A DNA stretch of 64,000 bases from the IMG/VR virus record IMGVR_UViG_3300026557_000003, positions 2,527-66,526 of that record. One strand, 5' to 3'. Below the pieces are notes generated by a model, which had not been told where the DNA came from, did not search any database, and saw only the letters and a list, made by a program, of their open reading frames with translations. Origin of the DNA: a virus. The translations under genes and the position numbers were made by a program. Shown piece by piece: positions 54,041 to 63,346 of the stretch (position 1 is its first letter; every line of letters starts with the position of its first letter).

Positions 54041-55815
54041 AACTCTACGAAATCGTTAGAATCTTCGATGCTAAAAAGGCTGGCAAAGAATTTAAGGCCA
54101 AATGCCCGGCCCACAACGACAGCACGCCTTCACTGTCGATAACTCAGGGTAACGATGGTGTAGTTATGATCTGCCATGCTGGATGCGATACTGATTCCGT
54201 ACTGGCGAGCAAGGGGCTGAACGCGTCCGATCTTTTTGAATCAAACTCCACTGTTGCGATTTCCGATCATCAGCGGGCGGTGAAAAAGAAATTCAAGATG
54301 CCGGAATATAAACCTGTCGAGCTCGCACTTGACGAAAAAGTAATCGCCTGGTTTGAGACGCGCGGGATTACTGACGAGGTTTTACTGGCAAACAAGATCG
54401 AATACCGCAAAGTCTGGATGCCGCAAGTTGAGGGCGAAGTAGGCGCGATCTGTTTTCCGTACTTCCGGGACGGCGAAGTCGTGAATGTTAAATACCGCGC
54501 TCGTGGCAAACATTTCAAAATGGAAAAGGGCGCGGAACTGGTTCTCTACGGACTGGACCGGATCCAAGCGGGCGAACCGCTTTATTGGGTCGAAGGCGAA
54601 GTTGACGCGCTCTCTTTGGATGTCGCCGAATATACGAACAGGGTGTCCGTTCCAAACGGTGCTGGCGGTGGCGCATCGAAGGATTACGAACGGGGGTTGT
54701 CCTATCTTGCCAGTTCACAGGTTCAGCTTGAATCGATTGACCGTCACATAATCGCGGTCGATAACGATATTGCCGGACGTGGCCTGCAGAACGAATTGAT
54801 CAGGCGATTAGGTCCAGAAAAGTGCTTTACCGTTGCGTGGCCGAAAGACTGCAAAGACGCAAACGATGTGCTGATGACCTATGGCGTCGATATTTTGAAA
54901 GAATGCTTGGCCGACGTTCAACCAGTTCCAGTTGCTGGAATCTACAGCATTAAGGACATTGAAGACGATATTGTCGGCCTGTACTACAAACCATTGCCGG
55001 GCGGCGAGTATCCCGGAACGGACAATCTGGCGAAGTTCTACCGACCGCGTGCGGGTGAATGGACTCTCGTTACGGGAATACCATCGTCGGGCAAATCGCG
55101 CTGGGTAGGCTGGCACGTCGTCCAATTAGCAAAGAGCCTGGGTTGGCAATTCGCGATTTGCTCACCGGAGCATCAGCCACTTCAGCGACACGCAGCGGAA
55201 TTGATTTCGTGCTTTAACGGAATGCCTTTTCGTGAAGGCCCGAACGAGCGAATGTCCGCCGAGCAGCTAAACCAGGGTATCGATTGGCTCGATAAACACT
55301 TTTCTTTTTTGCTGCCAGACGACGAAATGACAATCGAAAGAATATTAGAACTTTCGCGAGTTGAGGTTTTCAGGCGTGGAATCAAGGGACTTGTGGTCGA
55401 TCCCTGGAACGAATTCGACCATACCAGACCAAAGGGAATGAGCCTGACCGAATACGTGGGAAAGACTCTAATTAAAATCCGACAGTTTGCGCGGCGTCAT
55501 CAAGTCCATGTCTGGGTCGTGGCGCATCCCCAGAAGCTACAGAAAGACAAAGACGGCGAATACCCAGTACCGACGCCATACGACGTGTCTGATAGCGCCC
55601 ACTGGTACAACAAACCAGATATGGCGCTGACGGTCCACCGGGATAAGCTGGACGATTCCAAAGCCGTCGATATTCACATTCAGAAAGTTCGCTTTGAAGA
55701 AAACGGGCACATCGGTGTTGCGGAAATGTTCTTCAACAAACTCAACGGTCAGTATTCAGACGAAGCCCCAGGGCAGAGGTTTTTACAATATGGTAGAGAC
55801 GATGAAAGCAATTGA
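54037..55815 (+). CDS. Primase-helicase (zinc finger, TOPRIM, SF4 helicase; T7 gp4/Twinkle-like)
   Basis: CPAHND...CHAGC; WVEGEVDALS; AVDND; KDAND; TGIPSSGKS; VVDPWN. Confidence 0.92.
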   Translation: MKLYEIVRIFDAKKAGKEFKAKCPAHNDSTPSLSITQGNDGVVMICHAGCDTDSVLASKGLNASDLFESNSTVAISDHQRAVKKKFKMPEYKPVELALDEKVIAWFETRGITDEVLLANKIEYRKVWMPQVEGEVGAICFPYFRDGEVVNVKYRARGKHFKMEKGAELVLYGLDRIQAGEPLYWVEGEVDALSLDVAEYTNRVSVPNGAGGGASKDYERGLSYLASSQVQLESIDRHIIAVDNDIAGRGLQNELIRRLGPEKCFTVAWPKDCKDANDVLMTYGVDILKECLADVQPVPVAGIYSIKDIEDDIVGLYYKPLPGGEYPGTDNLAKFYRPRAGEWTLVTGIPSSGKSRWVGWHVVQLAKSLGWQFAICSPEHQPLQRHAAELISCFNGMPFREGPNERMSAEQLNQGIDWLDKHFSFLLPDDEMTIERILELSRVEVFRRGIKGLVVDPWNEFDHTRPKGMSLTEYVGKTLIKIRQFARRHQVHVWVVAHPQKLQKDKDGEYPVPTPYDVSDSAHWYNKPDMALTVHRDKLDDSKAVDIHIQKVRFEENGHIGVAEMFFNKLNGQYSDEAPGQRFLQYGRDDESN

Positions 55816-56401
55816 AACCGTATACCGTGGAATCAATTTTCGGTCGCGCAACGAAGCTCGGTGGGCGGTCTTTATGGATCAACTCGGAATTCCGTTTGAA
55901 TATGAACCTGAGGGTTTTGAGTTGAACGGTTTGCGTTATCTTCCCGATTTCTATCTAACCGATCAGAAGATTTGGGCCGAAGTGAAATCCCAGTTACCGA
56001 ATGAAACCGAGAAAGAGAAAGCTGTTCGTTTGGTCAACGAAAGTGGGCTGGCGCTGGTTTTCCTGATATTCTCGCACGGCCGCGCCGAATCAATTGAACA
56101 TTCCGGCGGCCCGTTCTATCCACCAAGCTCGAAAGATCGTCACCCGCAACTGGCGGTTTGGCAAAACTGCATTGGCTGTAAAGCGTTCTCGGTCGGCCCA
56201 TATGCACCGGCAGCTGGATTTGAATGCTGGAATTGTGGACTCAAACTGACGAGCGAACAGGTTTTAGAATTGGCCGATAAGGGGCAAGAGGTTTTCGACG
56301 AGACGATCCTGGCTGACGCGTTCACAGTTGCAAGACAGGCGCGTTTTGAATTCGGGGAAACCCCACACGGATTACCGCCTGTGGATCGAGAAGGCGTTTG
56401 A
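55802..56401 (+). CDS. PD-(D/E)XK-like phage nuclease
   Basis: IETVYRGINFRSRNEARWA...YEPEG...YLPDFYL...WAEVK. Confidence 0.75.
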   Translation: MKAIETVYRGINFRSRNEARWAVFMDQLGIPFEYEPEGFELNGLRYLPDFYLTDQKIWAEVKSQLPNETEKEKAVRLVNESGLALVFLIFSHGRAESIEHSGGPFYPPSSKDRHPQLAVWQNCIGCKAFSVGPYAPAAGFECWNCGLKLTSEQVLELADKGQEVFDETILADAFTVARQARFEFGETPHGLPPVDREGV

Positions 56402-56446
56402 CGCGATCAACGCGAAGGTCGAGAAGGTGCAGGAAGGAATGCCGTT

Positions 56447-58183
56447 TTGAGTGCATACTATAACGAGTTTGATCCACAAAAGGCGGCTTGGTTACGTGAG
56501 TTGATCAAACGGAAACTAATAGCGGACGGAGAAGTTGATGAACGTTCAATCGAAGATGTCTTACCAGCCGATGTTGCTGGGTTTCGACAATGCCACTGGT
56601 TCGCCGGCGTCGGAATCTGGTCCTATGCTTTGCGAAACGCAGGTTGGGGTGATGACAGAGCCGTGTGGACTGCCAGTTGTCCTTGCCAGCCTTTCAGCAC
56701 CGCCGGGCTCGGAGAAGGAACCAGCGACGAACGGCACCTCTGGCCTGCATTCTTCAAACTCGTCGATGCCTGCCGACCGCCAGTCTTATTTGGGGAGCAG
56801 GTCGCGAGTAGTCACGTCGTCGGACGGGCATCGGGTGATTTTGATTACCTGCGGGGTTTGTCAGACCGAGAAGAGTTGCGAAGAATTTCGGACGCATGGA
56901 TCCCGGCGGAGATTTCGCGGTACGTGCAAGGACTGCCAGAACGAACAAGAGCGCAAGAGGCGATTAGTAAACGAGACGCGGACATCTGGTCAGCGCAAAG
57001 ATTGGCGGCGGAAGAATCGGGCATCGGCATTGGTCTCTTCAGCCAGATGCAGAGCGCGTACAGCCGGACTTCAATTCGATCTGGATACCGAGAACATACA
57101 AACGAGGATCGATGCTGGACGATGCGAATTAACGGGGATTCATTTCGACCTGGATGGCGATTGGAACAGCCCATCACTGGACAGGATAGACCCGAACGGC
57201 GGCTACACAGCCGACAATATCAGGGTAATTATTACAGCCCTGAATGTGATGATGAACAAGTGGGGAGCGGGGCGAGTCTTGGTTATTGCGGATGCTATGC
57301 GCCAGAAAACAGCTATTCGACAGGCGAGCGAGAACTTGACGCGCTCTTTGCAGGAGAAATTAAAACAGACGACGGACAGGCTTGGTTCGACCTTGTTTCG
57401 GCTGACCTGGAAGGAGCAGGTTACGCCCTCGGGTCGTGTATTACCCCTGCTGCGGGCGTCGGCGCTCCCCATATCCGACACCGTGTTTTCTTCATGGCCG
57501 ACTCCCAGAGCGAACGATGCGGAAAAGCATGGGAACGTAGCGGACGGCCCGTGCAACGGTTTGGTGGCAGCGGCGAATCTGACGAGTTGGCCAACACCGA
57601 CAGCGAACAATTACGAAATCAAGGACGAAGAGAAACTGAACCAGCGCCGGATTGCTTGCAAGGAACGGAATGGCAACGGGAACGGATTCGGTTACACGCT
57701 AGCCCAGGCTGCAATGTTGACGGGATGGGCAACGCCCCGGAGTCAGGAAATAGACGAGATACCGGAGAAGCGACAAGAGAGGAATGCGAGACATTTGGCA
57801 GTGGGGAAGATGAAGGGGATTGGGACCGCGAACCTTTCAACACAAGTCAAGCTGGCATCTTGGACGACTCCGGCGGAGCGAGACTACAAGGATACGCTGG
57901 GAATGGCAACGGTGGGAATCGACCCCGACGGCTCGGAGCGATCACGACTGGATCAGCTACCGAGGCAGGCCCAGTTAACGGATTCTGGCGAGACGCAGAG
58001 TGGGTTTACTGCCGACCAGAGCCAAGATACCCCGAAGGAAGTTATCGGGCAATTAGACCCGGCTCATCCCCGCTGGTTAATGGCGCTCCCGCCCGAATGG
58101 TGCGATTGCGCGGTTATGGCGATGGAATCAATGCAGAAGTCGCCAAAGAATTCATAAAGGCATATCTGGATTGTGTAGATTGA
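56447..58183 (+). CDS. C5 DNA cytosine methyltransferase, alpha frame (motifs I-VIII and X)
   Basis: FAGVG (I), SCPCQPFS (IV), GEQV (VI), GAPHIRHRVF (VIII), RLRGYGDGI (X); no motif IX in this frame. Confidence 0.88.
   Translation: MSAYYNEFDPQKAAWLRELIKRKLIADGEVDERSIEDVLPADVAGFRQCHWFAGVGIWSYALRNAGWGDDRAVWTASCPCQPFSTAGLGEGTSDERHLWPAFFKLVDACRPPVLFGEQVASSHVVGRASGDFDYLRGLSDREELRRISDAWIPAEISRYVQGLPERTRAQEAISKRDADIWSAQRLAAEESGIGIGLFSQMQSAYSRTSIRSGYREHTNEDRCWTMRINGDSFRPGWRLEQPITGQDRPERRLHSRQYQGNYYSPECDDEQVGSGASLGYCGCYAPENSYSTGERELDALFAGEIKTDDGQAWFDLVSADLEGAGYALGSCITPAAGVGAPHIRHRVFFMADSQSERCGKAWERSGRPVQRFGGSGESDELANTDSEQLRNQGRRETEPAPDCLQGTEWQRERIRLHASPGCNVDGMGNAPESGNRRDTGEATREECETFGSGEDEGDWDREPFNTSQAGILDDSGGARLQGYAGNGNGGNRPRRLGAITTGSATEAGPVNGFWRDAEWVYCRPEPRYPEGSYRAIRPGSSPLVNGAPARMVRLRGYGDGINAEVAKEFIKAYLDCVD
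56535..58157 (+). CDS. Nested +1-frame ORF (beta polypeptide): HNH domain, WxTP repeats, motif IX-like segment
   Basis: 540 open codons; CGVC/CKDC, SPSLDRIDPNGGYTADNIRV...N (HNH-like); GQLDPAHPRWLMALPPEW (motif IX-like); start uncertain. Confidence 0.75.
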   Translation: MMNVQSKMSYQPMLLGFDNATGSPASESGPMLCETQVGVMTEPCGLPVVLASLSAPPGSEKEPATNGTSGLHSSNSSMPADRQSYLGSRSRVVTSSDGHRVILITCGVCQTEKSCEEFRTHGSRRRFRGTCKDCQNEQERKRRLVNETRTSGQRKDWRRKNRASALVSSARCRARTAGLQFDLDTENIQTRIDAGRCELTGIHFDLDGDWNSPSLDRIDPNGGYTADNIRVIITALNVMMNKWGAGRVLVIADAMRQKTAIRQASENLTRSLQEKLKQTTDRLGSTLFRLTWKEQVTPSGRVLPLLRASALPISDTVFSSWPTPRANDAEKHGNVADGPCNGLVAAANLTSWPTPTANNYEIKDEEKLNQRRIACKERNGNGNGFGYTLAQAAMLTGWATPRSQEIDEIPEKRQERNARHLAVGKMKGIGTANLSTQVKLASWTTPAERDYKDTLGMATVGIDPDGSERSRLDQLPRQAQLTDSGETQSGFTADQSQDTPKEVIGQLDPAHPRWLMALPPEWCDCAVMAMESMQKSPKNS

Positions 58184-58201
58184 AATAGAAAAGGAGCACG
58201 A

Positions 58202-59131
58202 ATGAAAGACAAAATCGAGGATTACGAATATAAGCATAAGATCAAGGATTCCGAGCTTGTGGAAATCGGCGCTAACCTGGCGCACGTGTCGCAGGAAGAA
58301 TTCGATTTCTTTGAAGAACGGCGAAGTGTTTATGCCGATTTCAAAGAGCGCGCTGATAGCTTCAAAGAGCGGCGAAAACGCCTAACCGAAGAATACAACA
58401 GCGGTTATCGAAAAGAAATCATCAAGGTTCGGGCTGAACCACACCCGGAAAGTGGTGAGGCGTGGCTATACAAAGCCGGAACGAATATTAGGATGGGAAG
58501 TAGGCCGATTACCGAAGATGAACGGCAAGGCACTCTTAAATTTGACGCACTCATCGAACCGTCGAAGAATGAGGATACCAAGGCCGTCCTGAAAAAGTCG
58601 AAGAAGAGTAGTGCGGAAAACGTTGCAGGATTCTTCGCCTCAGATGAGGGAGAAAAAGAAGCAGCGGACGACGGCGACGAAAATCACTACGGGCCGAACG
58701 GTGATGGCACAACGCCTGGATTCTTCCATCAGAACGAGGAAACCGGTGTTACCGCTGAGATCGGCGAGATCGAATCTGGCGGCGAGACCTTCCCGAAAAA
58801 GTCAATCACCGAAACGAAGATCAAGTTCCCCGATGAACTTTACTTTGGCGCTGCGATCAAAGTTGTCGGACAGCCGGGCGACTTCCACTACGGCTGGCGC
58901 ATCTCATCGACCAAATCCCCAAAGGCCGGTGATGCTATCTCGGTGTACGTTGACGGCGTTATTTATACCGATTATGCCGCAATGGTCGAACAGGCCGGCC
59001 GCGCGATGATTCATGCGCTAGTGACTAACCCGCGATTCAAGACGATGGCAGGCGAGCGAGTCTCGCAGATCACCAAGATTATCGAGGACTTCTGCGCGCC
59101 TGAGCGGGCGGAGGCGGTGGCTGCGGATTAA
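58202..59131 (+). CDS. Hypothetical acidic protein
   Basis: AAGGAG RBS; 309 aa. Confidence 0.7.
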   Translation: MKDKIEDYEYKHKIKDSELVEIGANLAHVSQEEFDFFEERRSVYADFKERADSFKERRKRLTEEYNSGYRKEIIKVRAEPHPESGEAWLYKAGTNIRMGSRPITEDERQGTLKFDALIEPSKNEDTKAVLKKSKKSSAENVAGFFASDEGEKEAADDGDENHYGPNGDGTTPGFFHQNEETGVTAEIGEIESGGETFPKKSITETKIKFPDELYFGAAIKVVGQPGDFHYGWRISSTKSPKAGDAISVYVDGVIYTDYAAMVEQAGRAMIHALVTNPRFKTMAGERVSQITKIIEDFCAPERAEAVAAD

Positions 59132-59132
59132 T

Positions 59133-59648
59133 ATGAGCGCTCAACCGAAAATCCAGCTAACAGAAGCGGCTATTCAGGACCTGTTATATTTCCATTGTGT
59201 GAGCAAGGGTCATATCTTGGTCAACCCGAATAGCTGCGTCTTTGGCTGGGAGTCCGATTTCGTGTCAGTGACCAAGAATCTGATGGTCCACGAATTCGAG
59301 ATTAAAATCAGCAAGAGCGATTTCAAGGCCGACGCGAAGAAGGAGAAGTCGGCGCTGATGATCGATCCGGTCAAGATTTATTATCCAGACCTACCGCGCC
59401 ACCGTATAGAAGTGACGGTCCGACGACCAAATTACTTTTATTACGTCGTGCCGCAAGGGATGATCACGCCGGAAGAAGTCCCTGATTATGCGGGGCTGAT
59501 CTACGCCTGCCCTTGGTATGATAAAGGGAGATTGAGAATCGCGAAGAAGGTCCGGCGCATCCACGATCAACCGATTGACCAGCATCAGGTTTTACAGTTA
59601 ACCAGATCGGTGATGTACCGTTACTGGCGACAGCGATTGAAAGGTTGA
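59133..59648 (+). CDS. MmcB-like PD-(D/E)XK protein
   Basis: ESDFV...HEFEIKISKSDFKAD...PNYFYYVVP...VPDYAGLI. Confidence 0.75.
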   Translation: MSAQPKIQLTEAAIQDLLYFHCVSKGHILVNPNSCVFGWESDFVSVTKNLMVHEFEIKISKSDFKADAKKEKSALMIDPVKIYYPDLPRHRIEVTVRRPNYFYYVVPQGMITPEEVPDYAGLIYACPWYDKGRLRIAKKVRRIHDQPIDQHQVLQLTRSVMYRYWRQRLKG

Positions 59649-59652
59649 GAGA

Positions 59653-59856
59653 ATGATGCCTATCGAATTAACCGGATGCCCAAATCCTGAATGCACAGAC
59701 TCGCATCCGGTGATGTTCACCAATCCCGAGAAGCACAAGATGTGGAACTATCGCGTTGAATGCTTCCTCGGTTGTCACGCGGCTGGTCCTGGCGCTGAAA
59801 CCCCGGAAGAGGCCGCGCGGCTGTGGGCGCTGTGCAGCGAAAAGAATTGTAAATAG
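59653..59856 (+). CDS. Lar-like (restriction alleviation) zinc-finger protein
   Basis: GCPNPEC...CFLGCHAAGP...EEAARLW. Confidence 0.55.
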   Translation: MMPIELTGCPNPECTDSHPVMFTNPEKHKMWNYRVECFLGCHAAGPGAETPEEAARLWALCSEKNCK

Positions 59857-59905
59857 TTAAACCGTCGTGTTAGTATTCCCCCATCAGTCTGACCCCGGAG
59901 GCTCG

Positions 59906-60352
59906 ATGGACACGCCAAGTCAACTCACTTTGGAATCGACACTGCGATCGGCGGCCTTGGTCCTCCTCTCGGAGTTAGGCGGCTGGTATGCGAAAAAGTA
60001 TGGTGTTGAGTTATCTCCGGCAATCACAAGTCTGCTACAACACGATATGGTGCCGTTCGTGATACCGGCCTTGGCGCTCTCGCTTTCAAGCTGGTGGTCG
60101 CATCGCAAGACCAAAGAAGCGTCAATAAAAATCGACACCGGCGCTGTGTTAGCTGGGATTTCAAACAGCGATCTGAATGCTATCGCTGGACTGGCGCAAC
60201 AACTGAAGGCTGATCCGGCAGTCTCAGTCAATACCAACGCCGATGCGATCAAGTTGGCGATTCAACGGGCGCTGAGTGCCCAGGCTGCGATGCCGCAAGC
60301 TACAATCAAAGAAGCGGTCGCTGTGGTGAGCTCGAATAAGGGAGTGATTTAG
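59906..60352 (+). CDS. Holin-like two-TM protein
   Basis: Two TM helices then SWWSHRK; GGAGG RBS. Confidence 0.5.
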   Translation: MDTPSQLTLESTLRSAALVLLSELGGWYAKKYGVELSPAITSLLQHDMVPFVIPALALSLSSWWSHRKTKEASIKIDTGAVLAGISNSDLNAIAGLAQQLKADPAVSVNTNADAIKLAIQRALSAQAAMPQATIKEAVAVVSSNKGVI

Positions 60353-60354
60353 TT

Positions 60355-61128
60355 ATGTATACTCACGCGCAAAACCTTAATGAAGACCGTCTTGGGAAAA
60401 TCAAAGGTTCGATTCTGCGTCATGGTCGCTGCTGGTTTCATTTCGGCAAAGACCGTTGCGTCGGCTTCGAATGGAATCTGTTCAAATGGCGCGGACTCCG
60501 TTTTGACATCGGCTTGGCGCATTATGATTGCGCGCTGTCAATAAGCGTAGCGTTCCTTTTCTTTTCTCTCCACGCGCACCTGGATCATTATCAGCTTGAA
60601 AACTGGATACAGGACAAAACGAAGCGCAAAGACGAAACCTATGGCAGTGGCCGGGAGATTGGCTTTCACACCCACGAGTGGGCGCTGTGGTGGTTTCTCT
60701 GGTCTGATCCGATGTGTTCGGCCAGCAAAGATCCGTGGTACGTTCGCACGCACAAATTCGAGCCGCGAGAAATCCTTTTTGGCGATATTAAATGCTCGTA
60801 TGAGTTGATCGCACAGGAGCGGATTAAGATCGCGATGCCCGAATCGGTTTACGAAGGAACTTGTAAGATCGAACTCGTTACCCGTAAACGCCCGCGCTCT
60901 CCTTTTAAAGACCAATTCTATCGTGCCGACATGGATATTCCCAAAGGAATTCCGCATCCTGGTAAGGGTGAAAATTCATGGGATTGCGGCGAAGATGCAA
61001 CGTTCGGACTTTCCTGTCAGGCGTCATCGGTTGAAGAAGCAACAGCAAAACTAATTGAATCGGTTTTGAAATCGCGGCGAAGGTACGGTGGTAAAGACTG
61101 GGTGCCGCAAGAATTTAAGACCGCATAA
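60355..61128 (+). CDS. Hypothetical Trp-rich protein
   Basis: 257-aa ORF in operon. Confidence 0.65.
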   Translation: MYTHAQNLNEDRLGKIKGSILRHGRCWFHFGKDRCVGFEWNLFKWRGLRFDIGLAHYDCALSISVAFLFFSLHAHLDHYQLENWIQDKTKRKDETYGSGREIGFHTHEWALWWFLWSDPMCSASKDPWYVRTHKFEPREILFGDIKCSYELIAQERIKIAMPESVYEGTCKIELVTRKRPRSPFKDQFYRADMDIPKGIPHPGKGENSWDCGEDATFGLSCQASSVEEATAKLIESVLKSRRRYGGKDWVPQEFKTA

Positions 61129-61138
61129 AGGAAACTAT

Positions 61139-61585
61139 ATGAAACCTATTCGCAAATCTACGCTCGCCATCCTTTGCGCCGCTGTCGTGATGCAGTCGAG
61201 CTGTGGCGGCCCAAAGCCGTCAACCGGTGTCCCTGAGCCGCCCCTGGTTACGGCGGCGCGTGTCTCTGACGAAGAGGCGCATACGCTATATCAACTATCG
61301 AACCTGGTAGGCGATCTCAATAGACAGGGGTTGCTCAGCAAAGAAAAGACCCACAAAGTCGACCTATTGTTATTGAAAGCTGCCCGTGATACGAAGACGT
61401 TTAATACCAACGCCCGGCTATTCACGACTTTTGACGCGACGAACAAAAAGGCGCTGTTCGATCTCGGCAAGCAAATCGCAAACACCATCGCACAGATTGC
61501 CGGGATAAGCACCGACCCTAATTATGTTTCGCTGTACAATCTGGCGGTGGCGACGATTAATACGATTTTGGCGCTGACACAGTAA
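61139..61585 (+). CDS. Putative lipoprotein
   Basis: MKPIRKSTLAILCAAVVMQSSC: basic n-region, hydrophobic h-region, lipobox-like Cys (non-canonical). Confidence 0.55.
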   Translation: MKPIRKSTLAILCAAVVMQSSCGGPKPSTGVPEPPLVTAARVSDEEAHTLYQLSNLVGDLNRQGLLSKEKTHKVDLLLLKAARDTKTFNTNARLFTTFDATNKKALFDLGKQIANTIAQIAGISTDPNYVSLYNLAVATINTILALTQ

Positions 61586-61587
61586 CT

Positions 61588-61788
61588 ATGAAGAATATAA
61601 TACTTCTAACCCACGAATCGCACGGACTACCAGCGGGGACACGGCTCATCATTGTCGGACGGCACCCTGAATCGGGTAGCGTCGATGCGCGCACAGAGGA
61701 TGGCCTGCACGTTAAAGGAATTGACATTGACTGGTTTGAATATGCTGAAAACGCCGAAGAACGTAGAGCGTATTCGCGGCTGGATTAA
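61588..61788 (+). CDS. Small SH3-like protein
   Basis: GLPAGTRLIIVG...VDARTEDG. Confidence 0.5.
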   Translation: MKNIILLTHESHGLPAGTRLIIVGRHPESGSVDARTEDGLHVKGIDIDWFEYAENAEERRAYSRLD

Positions 61789-61799
61789 CAGGAGAATCT

Positions 61800-62033
61800 A
61801 TGTCATCACCCACACCGACAACGACCAGCCAAGTCATCACTACGATCAATCAGATAACCTTGCTCGGGGCCACATATGTTCCTATAGCGATCCTCTTATG
61901 GAAGCAGTGGCAGCAGAGCGCAGGACGCCCGTCAAGCGAGTTGTTTGATGAATCAGATGTAGAACTCGACTCGACGGTAAAAGAGATTCTCTTACGCGAG
62001 GAAGCCCTTGGGTATCCGGCGGCAACCGAGTGA
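61800..62033 (+). CDS. Hypothetical protein
   Basis: AGGAG RBS; overlap with the next gene. Confidence 0.5.
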   Translation: MSSPTPTTTSQVITTINQITLLGATYVPIAILLWKQWQQSAGRPSSELFDESDVELDSTVKEILLREEALGYPAATE

Positions 62034-62260
62034 TTATGCTCTGGCGATTTGTTCGACATTTCTTTTGTAAGCACGAATACAGATTCTTGCGTAATATTTA
62101 CGGCGATGAATGTTTTGTTTATGCGCCCGATAGAAGCATCTGGGAATGTACGAAATGTACGTGGTGGGAATTCCGCAAAGAGTTGAACAAAGATGGCCCG
62201 ATTTGTATCGGCGGCTTTCGTTGTCTTGGCGGTATTTATTGCACGTCGGATCATAAGTAG
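62030..62260 (+). CDS. Small zinc-binding protein
   Basis: FCKHEY...WECTKC. Confidence 0.55.
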   Translation: MIMLWRFVRHFFCKHEYRFLRNIYGDECFVYAPDRSIWECTKCTWWEFRKELNKDGPICIGGFRCLGGIYCTSDHK

Positions 62261-62334
62261 ATCGGCATCTGACATTAGCCCTAATAATCAGATGCCAGAC
62301 AGGATGGAAATTGAACCGATGAGGGCGGACGAAA

Positions 62335-62718
62335 GTGGCTCAAGATGAATTTCGACTGCTGCTGCACGAGATTAATAAAAAGCAGGACAGGATACTCGTA
62401 CAGCAAAGGGAGTTAAATAAGATTGTGGCAACAGCAAGCACCCAGGCTGTAGGAACTGGCGAAGCTATTCACGTGCTCGCTGGCAAATTCGAGGAAACAA
62501 TACAGCGCATGGATGGCGTCGTCGATCTTGCTGAAGATGATAGCCGAAAAACCGGGGCTAGTCAGATTCGGGTCACGGGTAAGCAGGAGCAGTTACTTGA
62601 TATTCAAATCCAAAACGCAAAACTAACCCGTATTCAAATTATCTTTGTCCTGGTCGGCCTGCTTGTAACTGGAACATTCGGCGTTCTTGGCTTCTTGAAA
62701 TGGTATGTTCACACCTAG
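62335..62718 (+). CDS. Coiled coil plus C-terminal TM protein (holin-like)
   Basis: IIFVLVGLLVTGTFGVLGFL near the C-terminus. Confidence 0.6.
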   Translation: MAQDEFRLLLHEINKKQDRILVQQRELNKIVATASTQAVGTGEAIHVLAGKFEETIQRMDGVVDLAEDDSRKTGASQIRVTGKQEQLLDIQIQNAKLTRIQIIFVLVGLLVTGTFGVLGFLKWYVHT

Positions 62719-63346
62719 CGACAAACCGCTGATCTTCGTAATCGACAACGCCCCTGATATTGCGGGCTTTTTGCCGCTGGCGTTTCAGGACCACGGCTAT
62801 GAATCGCGCTCAGTTCTCACCCCCGACGACTTCCGCGCTGAATTTCTCAAGCTCTACGTCGATCCCAAATACCGTTCGCCGATTTTCCTGATAGACATTG
62901 CGATTTCTAAACACGAGGACGGATGGGACCTGGTTGACTTCATTCGCAAATATGACCGTGACTGCCTGATCTTTATGTTCACTGGACGTGTGAATAAGAT
63001 CGTTGATCGCGTCCTACTTAAAAAACACGGCGCCAATGCCATGATCTACAAGCCGAAAGACGGCACAGAGATACTGGCACAAATTAAGCTTTACGAGAAA
63101 GAGCGAGAACAAAACGGTCGAGCGGATGGACAGGCTGGGCGGTGGATGTTTACCGATGGACAGATGGCGGCTGTGGCATTTAATATCTTATTCGTGTTGG
63201 CGCTATGCTGGTTTGTGGGACATATTGACGCGAAGGTCGATACCCTAACAAAAGAGTTCTCGACCGAGAGCGCATTTAGGATTGTCGATGACGGTAAGAT
63301 TATGAGACTTCAGGGCCAGTTAGACGGGATAACGAAAGGAAAATGA
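62705..63346 (+). CDS. Response-regulator receiver domain fused to a TM segment and short coiled coil
   Basis: IFVIDN, FLIDI (phospho-acceptor Asp), MFTG, IYKP; TM AVAFNILFVLALCWFV. Confidence 0.8.
   Translation: MFTPSDKPLIFVIDNAPDIAGFLPLAFQDHGYESRSVLTPDDFRAEFLKLYVDPKYRSPIFLIDIAISKHEDGWDLVDFIRKYDRDCLIFMFTGRVNKIVDRVLLKKHGANAMIYKPKDGTEILAQIKLYEKEREQNGRADGQAGRWMFTDGQMAAVAFNILFVLALCWFVGHIDAKVDTLTKEFSTESAFRIVDDGKIMRLQGQLDGITKGK

Noticed and set aside
56810-57367. Intein or group I intron in the methyltransferase
   Set aside because: No terminal His-Asn plus Cys/Ser/Thr in either frame; the HNH ORF fills most of the insert, leaving no room for an intron core, and the inferred end is not G.
56780-57385. 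Target-site duplication of motif VI flanking the HNH insert
   Set aside because: LFAGEIKT superficially echoes LFGEQVAS, but 56780-56809 versus 57338-57367 match at only about 10 of 30 nt. A simple in-frame insertion explains the register.
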